Source of the DNA: Candidatus Electrothrix sp. GW3-4
GTDB lineage: Bacteria; Desulfobacterota; Desulfobulbia; Desulfobulbales; Desulfobulbaceae
NCBI RefSeq assembly: GCF_037902255.1
Contig: NZ_CP147990.1
Coordinates: 2,040,001-2,072,000, forward strand
Length of the DNA stretch: 32,000 nt
Direction: 5' to 3'
Made by a program: the position numbers and the translations under genes. The notes under the pieces were generated by a model that ran no database searches, was not told where the DNA came from, and saw only the letters and a list, made by a program, of their open reading frames with translations. Shown here in pieces: positions 7,444 through 16,641 of this stretch. Each line of letters starts with the position of its first letter. The first letter of the stretch is position 1.

Positions 7444-9084
7444 TCAGCAGGCGTACTTAATCCCCAAGCGCTCTGCCGCATCTGCATCATCAATGCCAAG
7501 GGCATCGGACATGCCGATGGGCAGGCTCTGGGAGCGACCGAGCGGGGCCATGATCTTCTTCATCTCGGTTCTGATGGAGGAGAAGGTATCAGCCACCCGC
7601 TGGGCCACATCATCCGGGTCCAGGCGACGGAACAATTTTTCGTTCTGGCTGGTAATACCCTTGGGACAAATCCCCACATTACAGACATTACAGCGGCCCA
7701 GCTCGTTACCCAGACAACCGGCAGCGGACTGCATGATGTACTTACCGATATGCACACCGGAGGCGCCCAGCATGATCAGGGCCATACCGTTCTGGGTTAC
7801 GTTGCCGTTCTTGCCCACACCGCCTGCGGCAAAGAGCGGGATCTCGTTCTGGCGGCCCTGGGCAACCAGTTCCTGATAACACTCACGCAGGTTGGAGGCA
7901 ATGGGGTAGCCGGTCGCATCCATAGATACGTTATAGGCTGCACCGGTTCCGCCATCAATACCGTCAATGAGCAGCCCACCGGCATAGGGGTTACGAACCA
8001 GATTATTGAGCACGGACTTGGCCGAGGTCGAACCGGAGATCTTGGGATAAACCGGGACCCGGAAGTTAAAGGCCATGGACAGGGTCTGGATCATCTTCAT
8101 GACACTCTCCTCAATGGAGTAGAGGGTCTGGTGGACCGGTGGAGAAGGCAGATCGACCCCTTCCGGCACCCCGCGCAGGCGGGCAATGAGCTTGGAGACC
8201 TTGAACCACATCAGCAGACCACCGTCACCGGGCTTGGCGCCCTGACCGTACTTGATCTCAATGGCGGCCGGATCACATTGCATATCCGGGATAGCCCGGA
8301 TGATCTCATCCCAACCAAAATAACCAGAGGCGATCTGGAGGATAATATATTTGAGGAACGGGCTCTTCAGGACCCAGGGCGGACAACCGCCCTCACCGGT
8401 GGCCATGACCACAGGGATCCCGAGGACCTCATTACAATAGGCCACACCCTGGAGCAGGCCCAGCCACATATTGGGCGATAAGGCACCAAAGGACATGGAG
8501 CCGATCACAAAGGGAAAGATCTCCCGGGTCGGCGGAATCCACTCGCCAGCGGCCTTACGGCGGATGTACTCTTCCGGCGGCAGCACCCGGCCAAGAATAG
8601 TATTGGTGCTGAACTCGTGCCGTCCCGCATCCAGGGCAGGGTCGGTGAGCATGGAAATCCTGCCAAAGGAGATGCGGTCCAGGATCGTCTTCCCCGGAGC
8701 ATTGCGGCGGCCACCACGCTTCCAGGAATCACCTTTCTGATCCATATGAAAACGGGAGCGATGCTCATTGGGATTAGGCTTTGGCCCTATAGCCTCATTG
8801 GGGCAGACCTCGGCACACATGCCGCAACCAATGCACATCTTATCCACTTCGGTATTCTGGCGAATGCCGACAAAATGACGGTACTCGTTGCCGCGCTTTT
8901 TCTTGAGGATATCCAGCTTAGGCACCCTCTGTCTGCGGTAGGTCAGGAAAATAGCCTGCTTGGGACAGACCGCTGTACACTGCCCGCACAGGGTGCAGCG
9001 ATCCTCACGATGCTCTATAATCCAGGGCAGATCACTGTAGGTCAGGCTGCTTGGCTGAGTGTAAACTGATCGAACTGAGACCAT
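7444..9084 (-). CDS. Glutamate synthase FMN-binding subunit (GltB domain 2) with an N-terminal 2x[4Fe-4S] ferredoxin domain
   Basis: Ferredoxin motifs are CTLCGQCTAVCP and CIGCGMCAEVCP. FMN-domain motifs are ATGEGGCPPW, KYGQGAKPGDGG and IDGIDGGTGAAY. It overlaps the upstream GATase gene by 43 nt. Confidence 0.9.
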   Translation of the reverse strand: MVSVRSVYTQPSSLTYSDLPWIIEHREDRCTLCGQCTAVCPKQAIFLTYRRQRVPKLDILKKKRGNEYRHFVGIRQNTEVDKMCIGCGMCAEVCPNEAIGPKPNPNEHRSRFHMDQKGDSWKRGGRRNAPGKTILDRISFGRISMLTDPALDAGRHEFSTNTILGRVLPPEEYIRRKAAGEWIPPTREIFPFVIGSMSFGALSPNMWLGLLQGVAYCNEVLGIPVVMATGEGGCPPWVLKSPFLKYIILQIASGYFGWDEIIRAIPDMQCDPAAIEIKYGQGAKPGDGGLLMWFKVSKLIARLRGVPEGVDLPSPPVHQTLYSIEESVMKMIQTLSMAFNFRVPVYPKISGSTSAKSVLNNLVRNPYAGGLLIDGIDGGTGAAYNVSMDATGYPIASNLRECYQELVAQGRQNEIPLFAAGGVGKNGNVTQNGMALIMLGASGVHIGKYIMQSAAGCLGNELGRCNVCNVGICPKGITSQNEKLFRRLDPDDVAQRVADTFSSIRTEMKKIMAPLGRSQSLPIGMSDALGIDDADAAERLGIKYAC

Positions 9085-10178
9085 ATCTGAAGTTCCTTTC
9101 TTTCGGGTGGAATAATGACTGTATGTTCACGCATGGGCTGAAAATCAAGGGAGGGGTCACGATCTGGAACCAAGGCCTCCACACCGCACATCTCCGAGGC
9201 AATGGCCCAGGCACCGGGCCGACCGCCAACCGTGGCAGGACGCATCTTCTTCGCATCCATGACCAGCATGCAGGTTTCATCGGGCAAGGTACCGATAACC
9301 GCGTTAGGGCCATCAATGATCAAGCGACGGCAGGCAGTCCGCAGGCCCTTAAGAAAATCCCCCTGGGGATGGGCATTCATCTCCTCTGTTTTCAGCGGAG
9401 TAATAACATGTTTATAGGCTGCCAAGGGCAGGTTGAGCCTCTTGGTGACATAATGGAGAATATGGGCAAAGACCTCGGAGTCAGACTGGTAGCCCATGTA
9501 ACCGGGGAGTTTTTTCCCTTCCAGCCATTCCTTGATCGGGACAAAGGCCGTGTTCTCGCCATTGGTCATGGTGGCAATGCCCTGGATAAAGAAGGGATGA
9601 CAGGCATAGAGGTTAATGCCATAGTTGGTATTCTGTCGTCCCTGGGCCATAACCACTCTGGCCTTGATCCGATCGTCGTTGAGCCCCAAGGCATCACCGA
9701 CCTGGAGGGGCCAGCCCACCTCTTTGATGGTCACCACATCGGGCCAAAAGGAAAAAATAGTCAGGTCATTACCGTGCTCTTCCCCGTCCTTGCGGAGAAA
9801 AAGCCGGGTCTCCATCAGCCGGTCTTCCAGCTCTTTTTCAGTCAACCCTTCCGGTTTCTTATAGACCCGGACAATGTACTGGTAGCGATCCTTGGATTCA
9901 ATCAGATCAGCATTGACCTTAAAGCGGTGATCATAGTCCTGCTCAAAGCCCCGCTCCTCCATAAGCCGCTGGAGGCGCTTGAAGGCGGCCTCTGTATGGG
10001 CAATACCAGACAGGATGAGCTGGTCCTCTTTTTTATACTTATAATCCTCAAAACTGACACCACGCAGCAGCAGTCCGAGACCGCTGCCGTCATATCCCTC
10101 CTGCATGGCCTCCATGCCGGTCAGCACCTCATACGGTGAGAAGGGTATATCTGCGGTTTTCAGGGCTAATCGACACAT
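9042..10178 (-). CDS. Glutamate synthase glutamine amidotransferase subunit (class II GATase, GltB domain 1)
   Basis: I moved the start from 10232 to the ATG at 10176-10178. The protein then begins MCRLALK, giving the N-terminal nucleophile Cys required in class II amidotransferases. GGGAG lies 7 nt upstream of that ATG. GYDGSGLGLLLRG follows. Confidence 0.9.
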   Translation of the reverse strand: MCRLALKTADIPFSPYEVLTGMEAMQEGYDGSGLGLLLRGVSFEDYKYKKEDQLILSGIAHTEAAFKRLQRLMEERGFEQDYDHRFKVNADLIESKDRYQYIVRVYKKPEGLTEKELEDRLMETRLFLRKDGEEHGNDLTIFSFWPDVVTIKEVGWPLQVGDALGLNDDRIKARVVMAQGRQNTNYGINLYACHPFFIQGIATMTNGENTAFVPIKEWLEGKKLPGYMGYQSDSEVFAHILHYVTKRLNLPLAAYKHVITPLKTEEMNAHPQGDFLKGLRTACRRLIIDGPNAVIGTLPDETCMLVMDAKKMRPATVGGRPGAWAIASEMCGVEALVPDRDPSLDFQPMREHTVIIPPERKELQIWSQFDQFTLSQAA

Positions 10179-10286
10179 AAAATGACTCCCGGAAATTCTA
10201 TAATGCTCTTTTCTTTCAATAGGAAAATGCACCGAATTTTATGGCAAAACTTGAGTCAATTTCACCATCGGCGCAAAAAATACTTG

Positions 10287-10315
10287 ACAATACAAAAAAA
10301 GCTGCGATCTGTCAA
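10287..10315 (-). promoter_or_regulatory. Candidate sigma70-type promoter of the glutamate synthase operon
   Basis: On the minus strand: TTGACA (10310-10315), a 17-nt spacer, then TATTGT (10287-10292), about 110 nt upstream of the corrected start. Sequence match only. Confidence 0.35.
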
Positions 10316-10406
10316 ACAGAAAGCGCGCTCGCTCAAAGGAGAGGAGGCGAACCCGCAGCTCTCACAGCTTCCGAGTATCGTTCCATCCTGTCTCCTTTTT
10401 ACGTTT

Positions 10407-12449
10407 TTACGGCAAGGGCTTGTAGGTCCAGGCCCTGTTAAGCAGGCTAACCGGTACCCAGGCCCGCCAGATAAAACCGCTGTTGAGCCAGTCTGCCTGA
10501 AGCCTTCCGCCAGTGTAGTTGATCGGTGAAGAGTTGACCACATAACGGCAGGCCTGATCCTGGATAATCTTTACCGAGACCATCCGGGCAGGCCCTGGAA
10601 ATTGTTGTGTATACAGCTTGTACACCACCTGGGCCATGCCATAAAGCAGTTCAGCGGCATTGGCAAACATCTTTTCTTCCTTGACCTGTTCTTTTCCCTG
10701 GCCCTTCTTGGCCGGGGAGGGCAAAAAGATCTCTATACTTCCAGGAATATGGCCGTTCTTCCTGATAAAGCCTGCGGCATCAATGGCCGCCTGCATCACA
10801 CTGACCTCGTTGGCATCCACGGCAAAGGGGCGAAGCGACACCGGAACAAGCCCTTGCCTGAACACGATTGCAGGATCGGGGAAATACTTTTTATCCAACT
10901 CATAGGGCTGCCAGCCGCTCACAGCGGTCAGCTTTTCCACGTCCAGCCTGGGCTCCTCCGCAAGCTCATAGAGCGGGTAATCAATGGGCCCCAGGACATC
11001 TTGAATAACGATCTGCTGCGGGATCTGCTCCTGCACAGCAAAGTGTTCCAGCACAAAGGCAAAGGCGGCAAAGGTCTCAGCCAACGAGAGATCCTTTTTC
11101 CCGCTCTGGACATAATCCGGCGGGCCGCCAAAATCACCATCATGATTCGGCCGGGGCCAGTGCAGCAGCAGATCCTTTGCCGCTGCTGCCATACTTTCAG
11201 CAGACAAGACCTGTTGCTCTCCTTTGAGATAATCAGGGATGGCCCGCCGGTCTTCAAAGACCCCGATGAGATAGTCCTGCCAGTCAGGTGCTTCAGCACT
11301 GGTGAGCATCCGCTGGGACCAGGCCTCCGGCCCTTCTTTTTGGCGCCGTTCCTCATTTTTGGTCATTTTCTTGATCACCCGCCGAAGACGCTCTTCCTCC
11401 TCTGGTGTCATGAGCGTCTTAATAACGTCCACTGGGCATTGCATCTCCAGGACCTCTTTAAAGCTATTGACCCCGTAGGTCTCGTAAAAAAAGGCAAGGG
11501 CTGATTTTTCCGCTTCCCATTGGTATTGTTCCGGGTCAGGGGAAACCAGGGTGAAGTCGTTGGGACGGGCAAGGATCTCTTTGATCTCCCGACTATTGAT
11601 GAGTGGCCGGGCATAGAGCGCCTTGTCTCGTGGCCAGTTTGCCTCGACGATCCGGGCACCTAATTTTATTGGCAATGGCCTTCCAGCGCTATAACTAACC
11701 TCATAGCTGCCCATGCCCAGGGCTCGTTTCACAGCAGTCATTGTCATGACAGTGTGCTCCTCATTACGCCCGAGATTACGGAACGGAGATTGAAAAAAAT
11801 CCAGCGGAATCACTCCTAACAGATGCTCCACAGCCAAAATCCCCCCATAGAGCCAACTCTCCTTTTGCGGGAGGTTATACTCTGGCAATTCCTCCAGGGT
11901 GATGGGTTCCCCTGCCCTGGGATTCCCCAGGACCAGCCTGCCGTCCTCAAGGTGCCAGTTGGGAATAAGGGTATGGGTCTCGGCATTCCACAGGGCACAG
12001 AGGGCTTCATCCAGGGACATGCCTGCCAGATTTTTGAGGCGCCCCACTGCAGCGGGTTCGATATGCCCTGCCCCATCATAATGGCTGACAGGGAGCTTTT
12101 GTTCCTTGATCTGCTCTATCAGCTCTGGATAGGCATCATTGAGCTGCTGCAAGGCAGCCCCAATAGTGGAATATTCTCCTCTGATCTTATTTTTTTGCCA
12201 GGTTTCAAGAAGCGTTTTTGCCTGTTCCGCGTATCGACCTGGCCCGCGAGCCCAAGGCTTCCCTTGATGCTCCAACGCGACATCAAGATCGCGTATAAAG
12301 GTGTCCTGTTGATGGGTGAAATAGGAGACATAGACCGGTTTTTTCAGGGGCTGCTCAGCCTCAGCGTTGTTTATTGTTCCTGCAAGGGAAAACATGACAA
12401 GGAATAAAGAGAACAGAAGAAAGGAGATGAGATATCGCATATATAGCAT
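10407..12449 (-). CDS. Large exported protein of unknown function
   Basis: 680-aa ORF with an N-terminal signal or anchor sequence (MRYLISFLLFSLFLVMFSLAGTINNAEA). I recognise no domain motif. The long uninterrupted ORF has host-like composition. Confidence 0.75.
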   Translation of the reverse strand: MLYMRYLISFLLFSLFLVMFSLAGTINNAEAEQPLKKPVYVSYFTHQQDTFIRDLDVALEHQGKPWARGPGRYAEQAKTLLETWQKNKIRGEYSTIGAALQQLNDAYPELIEQIKEQKLPVSHYDGAGHIEPAAVGRLKNLAGMSLDEALCALWNAETHTLIPNWHLEDGRLVLGNPRAGEPITLEELPEYNLPQKESWLYGGILAVEHLLGVIPLDFFQSPFRNLGRNEEHTVMTMTAVKRALGMGSYEVSYSAGRPLPIKLGARIVEANWPRDKALYARPLINSREIKEILARPNDFTLVSPDPEQYQWEAEKSALAFFYETYGVNSFKEVLEMQCPVDVIKTLMTPEEEERLRRVIKKMTKNEERRQKEGPEAWSQRMLTSAEAPDWQDYLIGVFEDRRAIPDYLKGEQQVLSAESMAAAAKDLLLHWPRPNHDGDFGGPPDYVQSGKKDLSLAETFAAFAFVLEHFAVQEQIPQQIVIQDVLGPIDYPLYELAEEPRLDVEKLTAVSGWQPYELDKKYFPDPAIVFRQGLVPVSLRPFAVDANEVSVMQAAIDAAGFIRKNGHIPGSIEIFLPSPAKKGQGKEQVKEEKMFANAAELLYGMAQVVYKLYTQQFPGPARMVSVKIIQDQACRYVVNSSPINYTGGRLQADWLNSGFIWRAWVPVSLLNRAWTYKPLP

Positions 12450-12600
12450 AAGTCAAGAGGTTGCACTGTCAACCGTCATCATGTATTTGATTTATATTTG
12501 ATCTATATGATATGCTCAGGGTGTTTTTCTGAGCAAAGAAGAGACAACACCCTTTCAGGGTTGGGACATTTCATCCTCCAGGAGGAGCATGTCGGCGTTG

Positions 12601-13020
12601 TCAGCAGAGCAGCTTTTCGTCCTGCTCCAACAGCTGTTTAAAGATGTCACAGAACTCTTCCCAGCCCAGGGCCTGATTGATGCCAGGGCAGGACTCACGA
12701 ATAGCACGAAAGTTACTTTCATCACTGAGAATACTCGGGTGAAGAGGCCATTGGCCGCAACGCCAGGGCCGTCCCTCATGCACAGAGCACCCCATATCCT
12801 TGTTGTAAAAAATGCAGTGATGATCCACGATCTTCATCTGCACCATCGCACCGGTAACCCGCCAGTATTTTTCCTCAACCTCTTGTTGACTCAGGCCCAG
12901 TTTGGCGACCATCCGCTCCTGATCGTCCTGGTCCAGCGAGACCGTTGTTTCGCCTTGACAGCAATAGCCACAGCGGGTGCAGTTGAAGATATCAGAGAGC
13001 TTAGGGGATACTTTTTTCAT
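12601..13020 (-). CDS. YkgJ-family (UPF0153) cysteine-cluster protein
   Basis: The N-terminal CTRCGYCC (CxxCxxCC) motif plus later conserved Cys residues (HHCIFY, GCSVH, RCGQWP) are typical of the family. The protein is 139 aa. Confidence 0.8.
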   Translation of the reverse strand: MKKVSPKLSDIFNCTRCGYCCQGETTVSLDQDDQERMVAKLGLSQQEVEEKYWRVTGAMVQMKIVDHHCIFYNKDMGCSVHEGRPWRCGQWPLHPSILSDESNFRAIRESCPGINQALGWEEFCDIFKQLLEQDEKLLC

Positions 13021-13468
13021 GTTGGTTTTACCAGGTTCTTGCCAAGCATCAGGATATCTTTCCTGCTGCGCTGGGCGTTATTGATAAATCACTTCAGGGT
13101 CGCCGAGCTATCGCCCCAAGGGCGACGAGAGGGATAATGCCGTCCCAGCATAGAAACGATCGTTTTCTTTGTCAAGGATGGCGAGAGGCTCGTCGCCTTA
13201 ACGAGCAGTTTCTGCTTCTTGGACATTTTTGCCAACGCTTGCAACGAGGTTTTCATCCCGGCCTTAAAACGCCGGTCTCTTTCCTTGCCGACCAAGTATA
13301 TTCATTTTTACAATAACGGTGTAATCTCATTCTGTTGATTGCTTCAAGGCTTGGCCGATGACTGAAAAATTGCTATACTGGCCATCATTGATTTTTTCCT
13401 GATGCCTAAGTACGAGCTCTGAGCAAAGAAGCAGCGCTTGACGTAACCTCTATTATCTCCTTTTAGCT

Positions 13469-14722
13469 ATGTCTAAACCCAAAAAAACTACCCTTTTGCC
13501 TGTTCAACAAGATATCTTCACAAAGCAGACCATTAATCAGGATGGCCCAGGGAGTCTTTTACAAGACTTTAAAACAATACTTAATCTTCTCGGAGAAAAA
13601 GGAATTCCTGTCTCTGGGGTAAAAAAGCATTTTCCCATGGCCCAGCTTGCGGAAATCAACAACCAACTTTCTCATCCTGTCACCCTGAAACTGAAACGTC
13701 CTGTCCAAAAGTCTTATCCGCACATTAATGCCCTGTATTTGCTTGTTCGAGCTTCAGGAATAGGAAGGATTGCTGGCACAGGGAAAAAACACCGTTTGGT
13801 GCTTGAGCCAACCTTGATTCAGCTTTGGCAAAAACTCACTCCAGCAGAACAGTACTTTTCTTTATTTGAAGCATGGTGGTGCAGGGGAAGTGATGAAATC
13901 CTCGGGGAGCGGGAGGGCGGTGGGATGTTAGATTATTTGATTCGAAGCTTGAATTATTTTATCAAACTGCCGGAGAAGGGTGTCAACATGGCAGGAAAAA
14001 AACAAGAGGAAGAAGGTCTGCGATATTATCCAGGTCATCATTCGTTGGCTTTATTAGAATTATTTGGTTTTATCACCATACAGGATGGTGAACCGGAGCA
14101 AGGGAAAGGGTGGCGCGTTGAAAGCATTACGCCGACAGAGTGGGGGAAGGCTGTCCTGAACAGTATCTATAAGGGAAATCAACAGACAATGGATACATTT
14201 TGGGGTGCATCTGTTGAGGAAATGAAGGCGGCTGCTTTTGCACAATGGAGGACAGCGGTTCAGCCGTATTTTCCTGATTGGAATAACATATTGACGCCAC
14301 CTGAAGCCCCATTTCAGCAAGGTGTTCATGTTGTTAAAATATCAATGGACAGGGCATGGAGAAGGATAGCCATCTCAGGAGAGGCCACCTTTGACGCACT
14401 TGCAGAGGCAATTTTAAGGGCCTTTAATTTTGGTAATGATCACCTGTATCAGTTTATTTATAGCGACTCGTACGGGTTGAAAAAATACATAAATCACCCT
14501 GCACTGGAAGAAGAGCCCTACACAGACGACACTCGTCTTGGCAAAATTTCATGCTATGCTGGCATGGAAATGGTTTTCTTTTTTGATTTTGGGGACTCAT
14601 GGGAATTTCAGGTGATGGTGGAAGAAACCGATGCGGATACCCCTGTTGGATCGGAGCCTGTGCTCCTTAAAAGTCACGGCAAGGCACCTGAGCAGTACCC
14701 GGAATATGATGACGAGTGGTGA
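13469..14722 (+). CDS. Plasmid pRiA4b ORF-3-like family protein
   Basis: The C-terminal region reads FDALAEAILRAFNFGNDHLYQFIY...MVFFFDFGDSWEFQVMVEE. This matches the HLxxF and (Y/F)DFGDxWxh signature of the pRiA4b ORF-3-like domain, which is often linked to mobile DNA. Confidence 0.75.
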   Translation: MSKPKKTTLLPVQQDIFTKQTINQDGPGSLLQDFKTILNLLGEKGIPVSGVKKHFPMAQLAEINNQLSHPVTLKLKRPVQKSYPHINALYLLVRASGIGRIAGTGKKHRLVLEPTLIQLWQKLTPAEQYFSLFEAWWCRGSDEILGEREGGGMLDYLIRSLNYFIKLPEKGVNMAGKKQEEEGLRYYPGHHSLALLELFGFITIQDGEPEQGKGWRVESITPTEWGKAVLNSIYKGNQQTMDTFWGASVEEMKAAAFAQWRTAVQPYFPDWNNILTPPEAPFQQGVHVVKISMDRAWRRIAISGEATFDALAEAILRAFNFGNDHLYQFIYSDSYGLKKYINHPALEEEPYTDDTRLGKISCYAGMEMVFFFDFGDSWEFQVMVEETDADTPVGSEPVLLKSHGKAPEQYPEYDDEW

Positions 14723-16306
14723 AACGAGCAAAGAAGCAAATAACAAACAAATCTTTCCTGCAACCACCCTGAAGGAGGCTGTGTTCTGCAGTACGAGGGA
14801 GCACCCAACAGGTCAATCAAGCCTCCGAAGGAGGGTGATGAAGGGCTTTTCCCCTTGTTTCGCCGTTTTTTGTACGCAGCTGCCCGTATGATATTGAGTG
14901 CTGTTGCCTTCATGCTCGCTGCGAAACGAACCGCTTTCATACCTCGAACCCGGAGGTGCTTGATTCCCGTGCGTCGATCAAGTTGCGACATGGTCGCCTC
15001 GACTCCGGCCCGGAACCGATACTTGTCTTTGAATTCATCGGTTCGCTCGTTGGCTCTTCTTCGGGTGAGGCGGACGACCTTCTCGTTATAGCGGAGATAA
15101 ACGAGGTCTTTTTTGCCGGGTTTAACAGGGCAATGGTTGACTCTCGGGCAGGCATTACATTTTTCTGACGAAAAGGCTATGGTGAACCTGTCTTTTTTCT
15201 TGGATTTTTTGACCGGCTGGCATTTTTCAGGGCACGAGATGACAAAACCGTTTTCAGAAAACTCAAAATCGGTCAGAGTGCAGAAGAGATCTTTTTGTCG
15301 ATCCAGAGTGGGGGCGATCAGATCAACGCCTTTTTGTTTTGCCGCCTCGTGATTGTCATCGCTCCCGTAGAGCGTATCGGCTGCTATTTCTTCCGGTTTT
15401 ACACCACGTTGTTCTGCGGCCTCAAGATACGGCATCACTTTCATGGGCAGCCTGCACATCAACATAGGTGATCAGGGAAAGAGTTCCAGCATCTTTCTCA
15501 TTGCTATATGTTTCAGCGACCTGAGCCTGGTATCCTTTGCCTTTATGACCGCTGTATCCGGCATCGGGATCAGAGGGATTCTGAAGAGAGTCGGAGGGGA
15601 TATCCTTATTCGCCTTCAGGATGACACGCGGTTCATCAGTATTTTCTCCCTGCTCTGTGATGCATTGTTCTTTCAGAACGCGCGTCATGAGCTGATATGT
15701 TTTCATGGACGCGATGTCAGGACGCGAGCAGAACCTGTTGATAAGAAAAAAAAGGTCTTCAGCAACCATTTGCAGGGTTTTGGTCGATTCGGACGGTTTA
15801 ACCATAGAAAAGGCACTTTCCTCTTCTTTTTTCAGGTAGCGATCCCGCAAAGTTAGATCAAGTTCATTGAAATCGTTTTTGTGCTGCCGCTTGAGGTTGA
15901 CCAGGAATCTCTTGATAGCTTCTGTAAAGATACAGATTCTACCTGAGTTGTTTGTGATATCAAGAGCATAATGCCATTGTATATTAAAGACAAACTGCTC
16001 GGCTGTTTCTTGGTCTGTCAGATTATGCATCTGCTGCAACAACATCGCTCCCATCATGGCAACGAGCTCATTGGTTGGACGTCCCATCTTCGCACTGAAA
16101 TACCGGGCAAGGAGGTCAACAGGAAGCACGTGGCGGACATGATCCCGAAAAATCCCCGCCCATGACTCGCCCAGCATTTTTCGACGTTTCGGCCCGAGAA
16201 AATCAAAAGGGTCGAACATGTTAATGGTTTTGTGATCTTTGATGTTTAACATGGCTACATTGCTTATCTGTTTATAATATTGATCTATTAGTACCAAGAC
16301 AAACAA
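14674..16306 (-). mobile_element. IS1182-family insertion sequence remnant; transposase split by a frameshift; element ends not determined
   Basis: The N-terminal ORF (likely start ATG 16250-16252, MLNIKDHKTINMFDPFDFLGPKRRKM...GRPTNELVAMMGAMLLQQMHNLTDQE) resembles the DUF772-type N-terminus. The C-terminal ORF (ADTLYGSDDNHEAAKQKGVDLIAP...CNACPRVNHCP...YRFRAGVEATMSQLDRRTGIKHLRVRG) resembles the DDE part. The two frames overlap at 15422-15465. The C-terminal frame runs on past any plausible IS end into the 3' end of 13469-14722. I could not find terminal inverted repeats by eye. Confidence 0.7.
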
Positions 16307-16380
16307 TGTAAAGCAAGAGTAAAGTTAATTATAATCAAATAAATTCAAATAGATGGAGTATTGCACTTTTTACAAATCCA

Positions 16381-16641
16381 TCAATAATGATACCGACATG
16401 AAATGATTGTAATATATTGATCAGTCACAGCATAAACCAACCTGTTCTGTTCATCAATTCTGCGGGACCAGAAACCGGATAAATTTTCCTTTAATGCTTC
16501 AGGCTTGCCGATTCCCCTAAAGGGATCACGCTTGACCGCATCAATCAGTTTATTGATCCTTTTCAGGGTCTTTTTGTCTTGTGACTGCCAATAGACATAA
16601 TCCTTCCATGCTTCATCCGTCCAGGCAAGCTGTCTATTCAC
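16381..16641 (-). CDS. yoeB: YoeB/Txe-family toxin
   Basis: 86 aa: LAWTDEAWKDYVYWQSQDKKTLKRINKLIDAVKRDPFRGIGKPEALKENLSGFWSRRIDEQNRLVY...CRYHY. It has an 8-nt overlap with the upstream antitoxin gene. Confidence 0.9.
   Translation of the reverse strand: MNRQLAWTDEAWKDYVYWQSQDKKTLKRINKLIDAVKRDPFRGIGKPEALKENLSGFWSRRIDEQNRLVYAVTDQYITIISCRYHY

Noticed and set aside
7423-10139. Long plus-strand ORFs (7423-8481, 352 aa; 9051-10139, 362 aa). Similar ORFs occur at 10602-11504, 3702-4154, 4277-4858 and 23141-23773.
   Set aside because: They lie antisense to genes with strong, motif-supported identities (glutamate synthase subunits, FDH, the 680-aa protein). Their products are low-complexity and rich in G, R, P and H, and they lack an RBS. 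These are typical shadow ORFs of GC-biased coding regions.
10179-10232. The upstream ATG at 10232 as the start of the GATase subunit (track ORF MHFPIERKEHYRISGSHFMCRL...).
   Set aside because: Class II amidotransferases need Cys as the first residue after Met removal. The internal ATG at 10178 gives MCRLALK and has GGGAG at proper spacing. The extension has no RBS.
10284-10315. Inverted TTGACA...TGTCAA pair suggesting divergent promoters or an operator in the glt upstream region.
   Set aside because: The plus-strand TTGACA has no acceptable -10 at 16-18 nt and no plus-strand gene to serve. It is kept only as part of the minus-strand promoter call.
13089-13295. 68-aa minus-strand ORF (internal MSKKQKLLVKATSLSPSLTKKTIVSMLGRHY...) as a possible truncated HicA-like toxin.
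   Set aside because: The resemblance is limited to a lysine-rich N-terminus. There is no GSH-type motif, no partner gene and no RBS. The evidence is too weak to annotate.
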